Origin: Octopus sinensis
Taxonomy: Eukaryota
Direction: 5' to 3'
Assembly (NCBI RefSeq): GCF_006345805.1
Contig: NC_043020.1
Coordinates: 3,472,001-3,536,000, forward strand
DNA length: 64,000 nt
A program made the position numbers and the translations under genes. The notes under the pieces were generated by a model. That model worked only from the letters and a program-made list of their open reading frames with translations, was not told the DNA's origin and ran no database searches. Within the stretch, counting starts at the first letter, position 1; each line of letters opens with the position of its first letter. This document shows positions 51,473 to 64,000 of the stretch, in pieces.

Positions 51473-51889
51473 TCAAACATGAAATGCAAGTTTATTTGGG
51501 AGGGCATTAACAAAATATAAAAACACAAATGTATGTAGGAAATGAATTTGAGGGGGAGAAACCCCTCCCTTTTTTAGAATAAGATAATTTTAAAATGTGT
51601 ATAAAGACAGATATATGAAGAATTTCTGTGTAAAGAAGTAGAAAAAACAAGAATGTAAAAAAGAACAATAAGTCAAAAATATGTCCTTGAAATGGCTACA
51701 GAATAACTTACAGGATCCAAAACAATGAGTAAAAGAGAAAATAGGGTGCAAAAAGAAAGAAAACAGAACAGTGTGTAGGAGGGTCAAATAATGCTTTTCT
51801 ATATCAAAATCTTTGCCAAAGTGGTACATAATAAAAATGGATAAGGAAAGAGATAGGCAAAATATTTCGCCAGTTAAATCTAAGAACTA

Positions 51890-52520
51890 CAGTTAGCACT
51901 AATCTTAAAGAAATTAATTTTTTAGACATTAACATGAACCTTAGCCCAAGCAGATTTCAGCCTTCCCATAAACCAAATGAAGCTATATCCTGACACAGGC
52001 TCTGGCCACCTTGCCAATAACATTAGCAAATGTGTTTCCAACTTATCCTGTGATAAAGCTACTTTTGATAAAGTTGCCACATACTACAATGTCACTTTAG
52101 AAAGGTCTAACTTTAAGAGTAACAAATTATATTGAACCAAATGTAAATAGACCAAGAAGACACAGGTAGGGGAAAATGTTATGGTACAATCCCCTATGTA
52201 ATGTGAATGTAACCACTAACATAGCTAGAAAATTCTTAAAATTAATAAATAATCACTTCCCACACTCACATAAATATGATCTTCAACAGAAATACATTTG
52301 AAGTTAGCTAGAGTTGCGTCCCTTATATAGGATCGATTCAACCACAAAAAATATTAGAAATGCACTCTCCCGTGCAAAGACTATGTAAATGTAGATCTCT
52401 GGATGGCTGTCACCTGAACAACAGGTGCCTGGAGAAAGAACTGGTGTAGAAGGTCAACATGGATATGAGTGGAGTAACAAAGACGTATTGGAATGATGGG
52501 AAACACCTTCAAAGGAAGAT
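51890..52520 (+). mobile_element. Decayed Penelope-like element: RT C-terminus, Cys linker, GIY-YIG endonuclease
   Basis: Frameshifted translation: VSTNLKEINF/LDINMNLS..HKPNE; ISKCVSNLSCDKATFDKVATYYN; MLWYNP..NVTTNIARKFLKLINNHF..IFNRNTFEVS*SC; CKCRSLDGCHLNNRC (52384-52428); LEKELV*K...KTY/IGMMGNTFKGR. Confidence 0.8.
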
Positions 52521-54291
52521 AAAAGACGGCTTATGGCTTTGTTCAGAGACAAAAACCAAGAACCCTATCCAATATGGTATGGACACTGAAAGAGAAAGGC
52601 ACGAAGAACCCCTTGATAACCTGGTGCTTCAGGATGGGGCAGCAAATGTGAACTTTGAATCACTTAAAAATTAAACATTGTTACATCAAATGTGCATATT
52701 TTAAATATTAAGGATGAAACCCTCTCTCCCTGAATACCTAAGCAACAGTTCATGCTCAGAAATTTCAAGCAGGACCCACCACCTCCACCCCTCCACAGCT
52801 CCATGAGCTAACAATTGCTGAGCTAACAAATCAATTGCAGCGTGGAAGGTGTTTATAAGCCATTTAAGAAACACACGAAAACTGTTAGATTCACTTCAAC
52901 ATTTAAATTTAATTTGTCAAAATATTTTTGTCGCTTTGCAGTACGAAATTTTGTCAGTGAACAGGTCGCGGTCTCAAGGCGTATATAGACCTAACCACAA
53001 ATAATCTTAAATATTCATGTCACAAAACGGTTGCCTGATTACCTCAATAATCATAGTAGAAAAAATTAAATAGTCAAACAAAAAATCTAGGTTGCTTTAA
53101 ATTCACACATGCTGGATATTATATTGAAGTTTCTGTGACTACGCTTGTGGCTGAGTAGGTATATCTTGGGAAGCAACGACAAGGGTCGCATGAAAGAGAT
53201 TCTTTCACGACTCCTTCGGGGAAAGGGTTCTCATCTTCCATGTATGTAATAGCATGTTTAAATCTCCCTGAGAACCAGGTTCGAGTGGGGAGGATTCAGC
53301 CACTTGCATGCTAATTCCAACTGGAAAACTTGTCATAACAAACAGAGTACAAGATTTTATGTAGGAGTTAAAAGTGACCCAGAATGTGACAAGGCTGCCC
53401 CCCCCCCTTAGAATTGCTGGTACAACTAATTTTTGCCAGCCGAGTGGATTGGGGCGATGTGAAATAAAGGGTCTTGCTCAAGGACACAACATACTGCCAG
53501 GAATTGAACTCATGACCTTAGGATCATGAGCTGAATATGCTAACCACTGAGCCATATGGCTTCACAACTCATACACATATACATACATACTTACATACAT
53601 AAATACACATACATACATACATACATAAATACATATGCACATATATACTATACACCCATACACATTCACACACAATCACACACACAAACTCATGCACACA
53701 GTATATTCTAAAGGATAGTTCCCAACTACTAAATTCCACTATTTGCCCTCTTAATCAACCTGATGCAAAGATCTCAAATGTGGCTCTTAAAGGTTTTCAG
53801 CTTAAAGGTTTTCAGTTTCATTTATAATAACCCGAGAAAGGTATGTGTCTTTTATAACCTCATTCACTCAATCCTCTCCTTTATGGACAACAGAATGAAT
53901 ATAAGTAATTCAATATAAGTGTTATGTGAATATTTGGAATTTCATATATCTGGGGCCCAAAAGTAAGTGGGTCATGAAAGGCCCTTTCTGTTTGTGTTGA
54001 CCTACTTACTTCTTTCCAAAGCAATTAAGTGTTGCAAATCAGACCACATGCACCAAAAGGAAGCTTTTTTATATGGTTACTTTACTTGTTAGAAATGGTA
54101 ACCAAAGCTCTTTAAAATCACATTTTACTGTGTTTTTTTAAGAGTTCATTTGGGTAGATATAATCCAGATTACACTATGTCTGATAAAAGGTGGAATGTC
54201 ATGGTTCAGGTCTCTTTGATCACATGTTTGCTCAATTATGACTAGCTTTGGATTGAAAAAAAAAACAGTACTATAGACAGTAAGCACAGGT

Positions 54292-54682
54292 GTGGCTGTG
54301 TGGAAAGTAGTTTGCTTCTTAACCACATGGTTCCAGGTTCAGTCCCACTGCATGGCACCTTGGGCAAGTGTTTTCTACTATAGCTAGGACTGACCAAAGC
54401 CTTGTGATTGGATTTGGAAGATGGAAACTGATAAAAGCCCAACCCACACACAATGTGCGTGTGTGTGTGTGTCCTTATGTCTGTGTTTGTCCCCAACCAC
54501 CACTTGACAACCGGTGTTGGTGTGTTTACATCTTCATAAATTAGTGGCTTGGCAATAAGAGACTGGTAGAATAAGTACTAAGCTTTAAAAAAATAAGTCT
54601 TGTGGTCAATTTGTTCCACTAAAATACTTCAAGGTGGTGCTCCAGCATGGCCGCAGTCAAATGACTGAAATCAGTAAAAGAT
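54292..54682 (+). mobile_element. SINE family B, near full length
   Basis: Homologous to 27557-27935. Confidence 0.85.
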
Positions 54683-55279
54683 GAAAAATATGGCGACAGC
54701 AACAACAATGATAACAAATACAACACTTAACCAAAACTTAGGCAGAAAGACAGAAAGAGACAAAAAGTGTGAATCTGGCAGATAAAGAATAATCTCCAAG
54801 ACTTCATAAACAGTTCAGAATGGGAGGAAAGTTGCGGCAGTTTCTATGAATTCTGTAATTCCTGTGTTTATGACCAAACCATTTATCTGAGCGGGGACTA
54901 GAAAACTTACTTTTTATAAATCATCATCATCATCATCATCGTTTAACGTCCGCTTTCCATGCTAGCACAGGTTGGACAGTTTGACCAGGGTCTGGGAAGC
55001 CAGAAGGCTGCACCAGGCTCCAGTCTGATCTGGCAGCATTTCTACAGCTGGATGCCCTTCCTAACGCCAACCACTCCGTGAGTGTAGTGGGTGCTTTTTA
55101 CATACCACCGGCACAGGTGCCAGGTGAGCCGGGCAACAGCCATGATCGGGTATAACCCCTTAACCAAGCTGGACATCCAAAGATACACGAACAAAATGCA
55201 TAAGGCAGATGCAAAGATGTGTGTGTGTGTGTATACATGTGTGTATTCTGTGGTATAAATGTGTATACATATGTTTATA

Positions 55280-55650
55280 GGTACAGGCATAACTGTATGG
55301 TAAGAAGCTTGCTGCCCAACCATGTGGTTCCAGGTTCAGTTCCACTGTGTGCCACCTAGGGCAAGTGCCTTCTACTATAGCCTTGGGCTGAGCAAAGCCT
55401 TGTGAGTGGATTTGGTAGATAGAAACTGAAAAGAATCCTGTTGTATATATAAATGTATGTGTTTGTCTCCCCCCTATCCACCATCGTTTGACAACTGATG
55501 TTGGTGTGTTTACATCCCTGTAACTTAGCAGTTTGGCAAAACAGACTGACTATAAATACTAGGCTTACAAAGAATGAGTCTTGGGGTCGATTTCAAGTAA
55601 GGGTGGTGCTTCAGCATGGCCACAGCCAAATGACTGAAACAAGTAAAATG
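55280..55650 (+). mobile_element. SINE family B
   Basis: Homologous to 54292-54682. Confidence 0.8.
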
Positions 55651-55774
55651 AAATAAACATTAGCCATGCTGATGATACAAAATTATCATCAGGCAATAAA
55701 AAACGAAGATGATGTCACAAGCTTACAGTGGGACCAGAATTCAATATACAAGTGAAATAGACAGGATGCAGTTT

Positions 55775-57640
55775 CATCATCATCATCATCATCATCATCG
55801 TTTAACATCCGCTTTCCATGCTGGCATGGGTTGGACGATTTGACTGAGAACTGGTGAGCCAGACTCCAATCTGATCTGGCAGAGTTTCTACAGCAGGATG
55901 CCCTTCCTAATGCCAACCACTCAGAGAGTGTAGTGGGTGCATTTACGTGCCACCGGCATGAGAGCCAGTCAGACGGTCCTGGCAACGGCCATGCTCAAAT
56001 GGTGTCTTTTATGTGCCACCTGCACAGGAGTCCGGCCAGGGACACTGGCTACAACCTTGCTCAAATATTGCTTTTCATGTGCCACCGGCACAGGGGCAAG
56101 TAAAGCGATGCTGGTAACGATCACGCTTGAATGGTACATTTTATGTGCTACCGGCACAGGAGCCAGTCAGTGGCCCTGGCAATGCTCATGCTTGGATGGT
56201 GCTCTTAACACTCCACCAGCACGGATGTCAGTCATGTGGTGCTGTCATCAAATTTGATTTCGATTTCCCTTGCCTCAAAAGGTCTTTGCAAGCAGAGTTT
56301 TGTGTCCAATGAAGGAAGGTACGCATAAGTGGGCTGGTTACACTCCTGGCATAGGCCACGGGTTATGGTCACACTTGGCTTGCTGGGTCTTCTCATGCAT
56401 GGCATATTTCCAAAGGTGTCGGTCACTAGTCATTGCCTCCGTGAGGCCCAATGTTCGAAGGTTGTGCTTCACCACTTCATCCCAGGTCTTCCTGCGTCTA
56501 CCTCTTCCACAGGTTCCCTCTACTACAAGGATCTGACACTTTTCCCATAGCTGTCCTCATCCATACACAACACATGACCATACCAGCACATCTGATTCTT
56601 CTTATGTCCAACTTTTCTCTCAGGGCACTTACACTATCGTGTATGCACACTGACATTACACATCCAGTGGAACATACTAGCTGCATTCCTAGCAAGCTTA
56701 CACATGTCCTCAGCAGTCACAGCCCATGTTTCACTGCCATGTAGGATGGCTGTTTGCACATATGCATCATACAGTCTACCTTTTACTCTGAGCAAGAGGC
56801 CCTTTGTCACCAGCAGAGGTAGGAGCTCTCTGAACTTTGCCCAGGCTATTCTTATTCTAGCAGCTACACTCTCAGAGTATCCACTCCTGCTATTGACTTG
56901 GTCACCTAGGTAATGGAGGCTATCAACTACTTCTAGTTTTTCTCCCTGGAATGTGGCAGAATGGTTAGCTCTCACTAACCATTCATCTATCCCTAGTTTC
57001 CTCATTGACCACCAGATAAGGGATCGAGGGACCCTGTCAAAGGCTTTCTCCATGTCAATGAAAGCCAGGTACAGAAGTTTATCTTTGGCTAGGTATTTCT
57101 CCTGCAGCTGTCTTACCAGAAATATACCATCAGTAGTGCTTTTCCCTGGCACAAACCCAAACTGCAGCTCATCTAAACTCTCTCTCCTTAATTAGTTGGG
57201 CTATGACCCTCTCTGTGGCCTTCATTACCTGATCCAAGTGAACCATCATCCATGCAGACACATTTCTCTCCTACAACATCACGATTCTCGCTCACACACT
57301 GTCTTGCAACATGAAATACCTCAAGTCTTTGGTCCTCGTGGTGCAGAACATTGGCAAATTTTTTCTTATCTGCTTCTCCTCTGGCTAAATAAATCTAGCT
57401 TCCCTTCTGGAAGTCTGATACATTTCCCTGCTACCACCGTTCTTCCAGTCCTTTCAAGCCTGTTTCTTTTCTCTAAATAGCCTTGTCAACAACATTGTTC
57501 CACCACCACATTACTTTGGGTCGAGAAATAACATGGTGGTGGAACAGATCTGGTCAGTGGCCCTCAGCAGGTTGTCCCGTAGAAACCTCCAGTTGTCTTC
57601 CACATCATGTGAAGCTATATCTCCTTCTATTTCATCAAAT
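55775..57640 (-). mobile_element. 5'-truncated, internally deleted RTE-clade LINE with 3' UTR subrepeats and a (GAT)n tail
   Basis: ORF 56634-57152: GKSTTDGIFLVRQLQEKY..LAFIDMEKAFDRVP..YLGD..AILHGSETW. WWWN linker at about 57520; tandem 45-60-bp subrepeats at 55940-56220; (CAT)n at 55775. Confidence 0.92.
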
Positions 57641-58115
57641 TAAATAAAATTTGGGAATTTTACAGAGGGTTTAAGTGGTAACAAAAACAGGACAGTAAGA
57701 GCAAAACAGTAAAAACAAACTGTGAGGGCTGTTGAGCCATGACGAGGTGAAGTGGTGAATGCTGGAGAAAGAAGCTGTGACAGGGGACAGGCAAAAGTAG
57801 GTCTCCTGTAAAGCAAGAGGAAAAAAGAACGATAGCTGCTGGTCATGTTCTGTACCCATATATGCATGTATATATACATATATGTGTGGTATATACATAT
57901 ATGCATGTATATTTGCATATATAATATATATATAATGTTGGCAAATGAAATAGGGATAAGAATGTGCATTGTCCGTTTAATTGGAAAATTCTATATGTGG
58001 CTGAAGATCGCTCGACATTTTAAAACTGATGTAATACTTACAGTGTTTAATAAAATGAAGTAGCATGAAATGATTGTACTACTCTACCTTGGATATCCTT
58101 GTTGCTTATTTTGAT

Positions 58116-58165
<50 letters not shown>

Positions 58166-58324
58166 ATATATATATATATTATTTATACTATTATATGATT
58201 GAATGCCACGCGTCCCTTTCCAAGTAAATTTTATCTTAATAATTCAGATGCGCACCCTACACCCCCTACCCTCCCTTTTCTGTCAAACCGTCCAACCCAT
58301 GCCAGCATGGGAAGTGGATGTTCA

Positions 58325-58807
<483 letters not shown>

Positions 58808-59379
58808 CATGCATAATTCTTTGTCAGCAATATTTCATGATTAAAACAATGAAACTAACTTCATTTTTAATCTTTATGATTGGACAACAACAATGACACA
58901 TCAGCTTCTTACTTATCTCTGATAAACCTCACTAAGCTCTATCTGCTTTTTAATCTTTAATGCAAAGTCACAATTCCTAAAATGAGAGGCTATTGTTCTC
59001 TGCAAAGTGTCCAATGTTTGCATTTTGTTGACATTGCCCTGCTCTGTGCATAACCAATTATGACACTGAAAATAGGACCGTATAGAGTGACTGGGCAGCT
59101 CATTGACAAAATGTTTTAAGAATTAGACAGAGGGAAGGGTCACCATGATCTTCATAAGTCTTCATAAGTCTTCGGAGAGTAGTGAGATTGACATGGTTGA
59201 TGTTTAGATGAAACATCTGCAAACTGATGTCTAGTAAAAAAGACAGGAACACAAAGTGAGTTCTAGGAGATTCTAGAGAGAGATATTGGGTATAGGGGTA
59301 TATACATATCATATATATGTAGTGTACACACACATGCTTGCTTGCTAGCTTCATACTCCTGCTTGATGAGGCTGGTGCC

Positions 59380-60839
59380 ATCCCAGGTTAATGATCCAGA
59401 GACATCATCATGCATCGAGCCAACCAGGTCCACCAGTGTTCTCCATTGCTAATGGCCAGTTCCTCTGAATCTCCAAAAGGATGTTGAACCTCTGGCGATC
59501 TTCTTCAATCGTGTCCATGGAGATGAGATTGTGTTAGTGAAAGATTTATTCCTTTAAGGACATAAGGGTGACAGCTGCCAGTTACTTCTGCCTCATGAAG
59601 CCCGCTCAACTGGAAGTCTCCATCACTGCAAACCAGCTCCCTAGCTAGCCCACAGCAAAGTTCCTGCCTACAGTTCATCTGTCATAAATCCTGCCCTACA
59701 CAGCTCCCCACCAGAACTGTTGACTTTTATTGGAACTGGGAAGGTGTTTTAATTGTCCTGCCTGTCGTTACTTGGCTCTTTGGTGACCATTCCTTGTCAA
59801 GGATTGGTGTGATCTGCCTGGGGCAGCCCCTGTTTGGTGGTTGGGCTACCTGAATGGGGCTGTCAGTATCGAGATGGGCTGGTTTCAACCTATCAATGGA
59901 AACCGTGTCTGCCCTGATAATGGGCTGATGGACATCGGCGATGGTGAAAGCCCATGTTTATTTTTGTAAGCTGATGTTGAGAGAAAGGATGCAGCAACTG
60001 TACACCTCAATTGTGGTCCCATTGGTGGCTGTTAAAGGTTTGCCTCACAGAGATCCCTTGTTGATGCTAGGATGACACTGACCTCTGCTCTTGTGTTGAT
60101 TAGGAACCTATGTCCAGAGCTCTGATCGCAAACATAGAGAAGCAGTTGATTGTGTCTGCCAGCCACCAGGGCATTCAGTAGCGCCTGGCCCTGGAGTTTC
60201 TCTGGGACAATGATGAAGGGGTCCTAAAGCTCCATAATTGTTTGCTCTTCGTAGCCTTTTCCCTGAATTTTGTGTGGTAGAAGCACAGGTCGTCTTGCTT
60301 AACCCTGCCATGTCTTGGGGCCGACCCTACTGTGTTGATTATAAGACCACTGGATAAAAAATGCTCATCGGCTGCTTCCGCTAGCTCAATCTCACTCTGA
60401 GTTATGAGGGCCTGGACCTGGGGTGGTAACTTGCTGAGGAATATTTCCCTAAACAAAAAAGGAAGGTGACACACCAATGGAGGGAAGGGGGCTAATGTCA
60501 ACATCTTGTCCATCAACTCCGAAGGCTTAGAATCGCCCAATTTCCAGTATCTTAGCTGCCATGTATGCGATAGGTGTACGTACGTACACCTCTTAGGCGA
60601 CCATTGTGGTAGCTTCCGTGTTGTTTTGTGATTGCTTGCCAAGTTTACTTCTATAGCGAGACCTGTTGCTCTGTCGCCAGCGTCACCAGTTCAGCTTTAC
60701 ACAAACAAACTGACAATCACTCGGATTCAGTTTCAGGCTTGTCACTTTCGTCCGTTTCTTTCTTTGCAAAACTTTATTCAATCAGAAAACAGGATTTGAA
60801 AGAATATATTGTCAACTGTAAACACTCGGCGAGGTGACA
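59380..60839 (-). mobile_element. Internally deleted Ty3/gypsy-type LTR retrotransposon remnant
   Basis: Gag-like GDSKPSELMDKML..FREIFLSKLP..CFYHTKF (60175-60642); decayed protease RFLINTRAEVSV (about 60063-60115); integrase-end DTVSIDRLKPAH (about 59853-59918). Candidate LTR TGTCAC... at 60839 with AATAAA, followed by a TGGTGACG PBS-like sequence. Confidence 0.8.
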
Positions 60840-61080
60840 GAGGACACGCCCGCGCGCGACGTATTTATGTATGTACGTGTGTGTATATTAGATCTCGTAT
60901 ATATCTATGTATAATTCGATAGAAATAAATTTAATGCATCAAATTAATGCCGCCCAGAGTGAATACAAATACATAAAACAGAACACACTCGCACATATAC
61001 ACACGGGTACAAGCATTATCCCACAACGAAGTTCCTTTCTACAGTTCGTCTCTCATAAATCCTGCCCCACCCACAGACTG

Positions 61081-61312
61081 GGCGGTGAGCTGGCAGACAC
61101 GTTAGCACACCGGGCGAAATACTTAACGGTATTTCGCTTGTCGTTACGTTGTGAGTTCAAATTCCGCCGAGGTTGACTTTGCCTTTCATCCTTTCGGGGT
61201 CGATAAATTAAGTACCAGTTACGCACTGGAGTCGATGTAATCGACTTAATACCTATGTCTGTCCTTGTTTGTCCCCTCTATGTTTAGCCCCTTGTGGGTA
61301 ATAAAGAAATAG
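61081..61312 (+). mobile_element. SINE family A, near full length
   Basis: Closely matches 36169-36400. Confidence 0.85.
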
Positions 61313-61825
61313 GTATGTAAATTCAGCCTTAAATGACTAACCCTATCATGGACAAGCATCATGTTCAGGGCAAGTGTTATCACCATGGCCTCTTATAATG
61401 GCTTGGAAACCAGCTAACTGGCTCTATGAGTCATAAAACTCAAGACAGACCTTATTTAAAGGATCAATGTTCTGCTAGGTAAAGGTCGTAAGGTTTGAGA
61501 GAGTGTCAGTGTCTTCTCATGGCTGTATGAGTACCCCCGGTCTTGCGAGTGACGACCATAGTTGTACTCTTCAAGGCAACAACCAACAAGTAAGATATAC
61601 GGGTAGAAGATCATCAAAAACTGAAAAAAAAAAAGAAAACAGAATAGATAACCTAAATTAGTTGGCAAATATTTTCTCTGAGTGGTTTTACCCTCTAACC
61701 TCCTTATCTTCAATGAGGCATCATAAACAGACATATCATACATAACCATACATAAACACCTCTTCATATACAGAACCTCACCATTTTTCCCGCTCACACT
61801 CTCTCTTTTACTCATACCGCTACGC

Positions 61826-61876
<51 letters not shown>

Positions 61877-61993
61877 ATCTATAGAAAATGATTGTAAATA
61901 AAAAGATATATAAATGTGTGTAGCTTAATGCTGACCAATAGTGATTGTATTGTTTCTCCTGTATAACTGATTGCATGTCACATGCATGTATTT

Positions 61994-62051
<58 letters not shown>

Positions 62052-62099
62052 TGAACACTAAAAAGAAAAAAAAGAACAAAAAACCCCGTTCTTTTTTTA

Positions 62100-62270
62100 T
62101 TCAATCATTGACGTAGACAATAAACAAGGGTGGGGGCGTGATTTGTCGCTGGAGATCAGCAGAGAAGCCTCCTGATATAGGCGGGTGAGCGACGATATTG
62201 TTCAAACATATTCCTGTCTGTCACCGGTAACTCGAGTTCCTTCAGTTAAGAACATCGCCACCAAGAAATC
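62100..62270 (+). promoter_or_regulatory. Putative promoter/5' UTR of the sulfotransferase gene
   Basis: Local CpG/GC enrichment; TGACGT at 62109; GGGGCGTG at about 62133; TCAGTT (Inr-like, or a 3' splice site) at 62242. Motif matches only. Confidence 0.35.
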
Positions 62271-62514
62271 ATGTCTGCATCGTCGTTGATGTCGTTGTTG
62301 GCCAAGTCAACATCATCACCGGAGGATTTGTTAAATAATGATATAATTAAACATTTTACCAAAATAGAAGATGAAGAGGGAAATAGCAAGTTTGTTATTT
62401 GCCATGATGGTGTCATCTACCCGCCAATTCCTTCACTTTTGGAATGTCTACCAAGAATTTCTACATTCAAGAAAAAGTCTGATGATGTTTTCATTTGCGC
62501 ATATCCTTACAGCG
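62271..62514 (+). CDS. Cytosolic sulfotransferase (Sulfotransfer_1-like), first coding exon, 3'-partial
   Basis: ATG then MSASSLMSLL...RISTFKKKSDDVFICAYPYSG, followed by a G|GTAAGT donor (phase 1). DDVFI.AYP.SG is the 5'-PSB loop of SULTs. No further exon was recognised in the window. Confidence 0.8.
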
Positions 62515-63252
62515 GTAAGTGCGTTTTGATTTCTGTATTTCACGTGCTTGTGTGTACGTACTACATACATACAAGTGTGTATGTGTGTCAGTTTATGAAA
62601 AACTCTATTTTTGCATTCCTTTCAGTACAACTCTTGTATACGTTCATCTACTGTATAAACGCGAAACTCTCTGAAAGAGCGCATTCTTGAGAAATGTGAC
62701 TTGCGAAATCTGCACCCCAAACACAATGTCGTCCGTAAAAAAAAAATTATACTAGAAATAACTCACTTTTAGATCGACAAATTTCCCACTCTCTGTTCAT
62801 CTCCATCACTCTCTCTCTCTCCCTCTATATATCTGTATATATAAAAGGCAGGATGTGTGTGTGTGTACGTGAATGTAATTTATGCACGTCCACAAATTAG
62901 CACGCATGTCGCTCCAATTTGAGGAGGACATTCGTCATGATACAAGCTGTGCTTTCGTCAACTTATTTTTACCAGAATAGCAGTAAAACTAAATTTTCAA
63001 CCAAAACTTTTAACAATTTCAAGTCGGAGAAATCACCAGTTTGCAAACAGGAGTTAAGTCCCCTTCTAGCGACGAGTAAGTTTTTGTTAAGACTTTTGTT
63101 GCTTTTTTCCATCGAGGAAAAAGTGTTTTGTTGATATACGGGCAACACACACGCGCACACACACAGACGAACATGTATGCGTACAAAAAACATGTATGCA
63201 ATAGGTGTACGTACGTGTGTGTGTTGCCCATGTATATATATATATATATATA

Positions 63253-63991
63253 TCTGTAAATATAATATGTGACAATTATTCGGTAGCCATGATAAAACTC
63301 GGAGTTTCGGATGTTGGGGCGGAAACCGCTAGCCACCATCTCTTCTATTATCTGGCCATCGAAAAAATGCTATGAAAGTGACCATTAAACAAAGGGAAAT
63401 TACTATGTGATTGACCGTTATTAAGACAAAAGAGCTATTTGAATGACCGCTAAGTGAGGGGTGGGAGTAAAGGTAAGGGAGTAAAAATGTTCATAGTATT
63501 CACGTAAGCACGCATATCCATAGCTATACATGCACGCCCGCACACCCACGTACATGTGCCTATATGTATATACTCATCCACCCACATTTGAAACATACAC
63601 ATGCTCACCCATACATTCATCAAAAAATATATACATACCCGCGTACACGCTCGCACACACACACACACGTGCGCAAAAAGGTTCATACACACATTTTGCA
63701 CACGTGTGTGCGTGTGTGTGTGTAGACGTGTGCGGGTATATGCGTATATAGCCATGTGTGTGTAAGTGCATACATGAATGTGCGAATCTAGATGTGTTTT
63801 ACTCTTATTGCTTATTTTTTACACATTTTTCTGTATTTTGCCATTAGCCCTGTTTTTTCTTGTGCATTTTCATAGCATTGTTTTGATGGCCAGATAATTG
63901 AAGAGATGGCGGCAGCGGTTTCCGCTCCGACATCCAAAACTCGGAGTTTTATCATGGCTACCGAAAATTTGTCACATACTATATTTAGAGA
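63253..63991. repeat. Long inverted repeat: 125-bp arms around a ~490-bp simple-sequence spacer
   Basis: 63253-63377 versus 63868-63991; 13 differences counted by eye (about 90% identity). Confidence 0.9.
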
Positions 63992-64000
63992 CACACACAC

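Noticed and set aside
53183-53222. 13-bp hairpin followed by a cUUCGg-like motif
   Set aside because: Lies in decayed repeat-like sequence, and the second stem is only 2-3 bp.
57995-58025. CTGAAGA-TCG..CGA in a TA-flanked segment
   Set aside because: Lacks GAAA and NUH.
63812-64000. Minus-strand ORF at the window end
   Set aside because: Overlaps one arm of the inverted repeat; no recognisable domain.

Overview
AT-rich, microsatellite- and SINE-dense animal genomic DNA. The repeat families and intron sizes point to a coleoid cephalopod, most likely Octopus (inference). Two host genes are on the + strand. (1) An SH2D4A/SH2D4B-like SH2 adaptor: nine coding exons at 701-48662 give 423 aa plus stop, the first exon lies upstream of the window, and there is a 34.3-kb intron. 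One junction is in frame only with a GC donor. (2) The first coding exon of a cytosolic sulfotransferase (62271-62514) whose PAPS-binding YPKSG motif reads YPYSG. The rest is four tRNA-type SINE families, RTE and R4/Dong-like LINE fragments, a gypsy-type remnant, MITEs, Helitron/Helentron-like elements and simple repeats. The most notable signal is invisible in the ORF track: at least six type I hammerhead ribozyme motifs, three with complete catalytic cores. Each lies 50-200 nt upstream of a (TA)n/(CA)n tract, and two are next to decayed Penelope-like (RT + GIY-YIG) sequence. One sits in a 2.8-kb element whose inverted terminal copy starts within 4 nt of the predicted self-cleavage site. All alignments and folds were done by eye; no database search was run.
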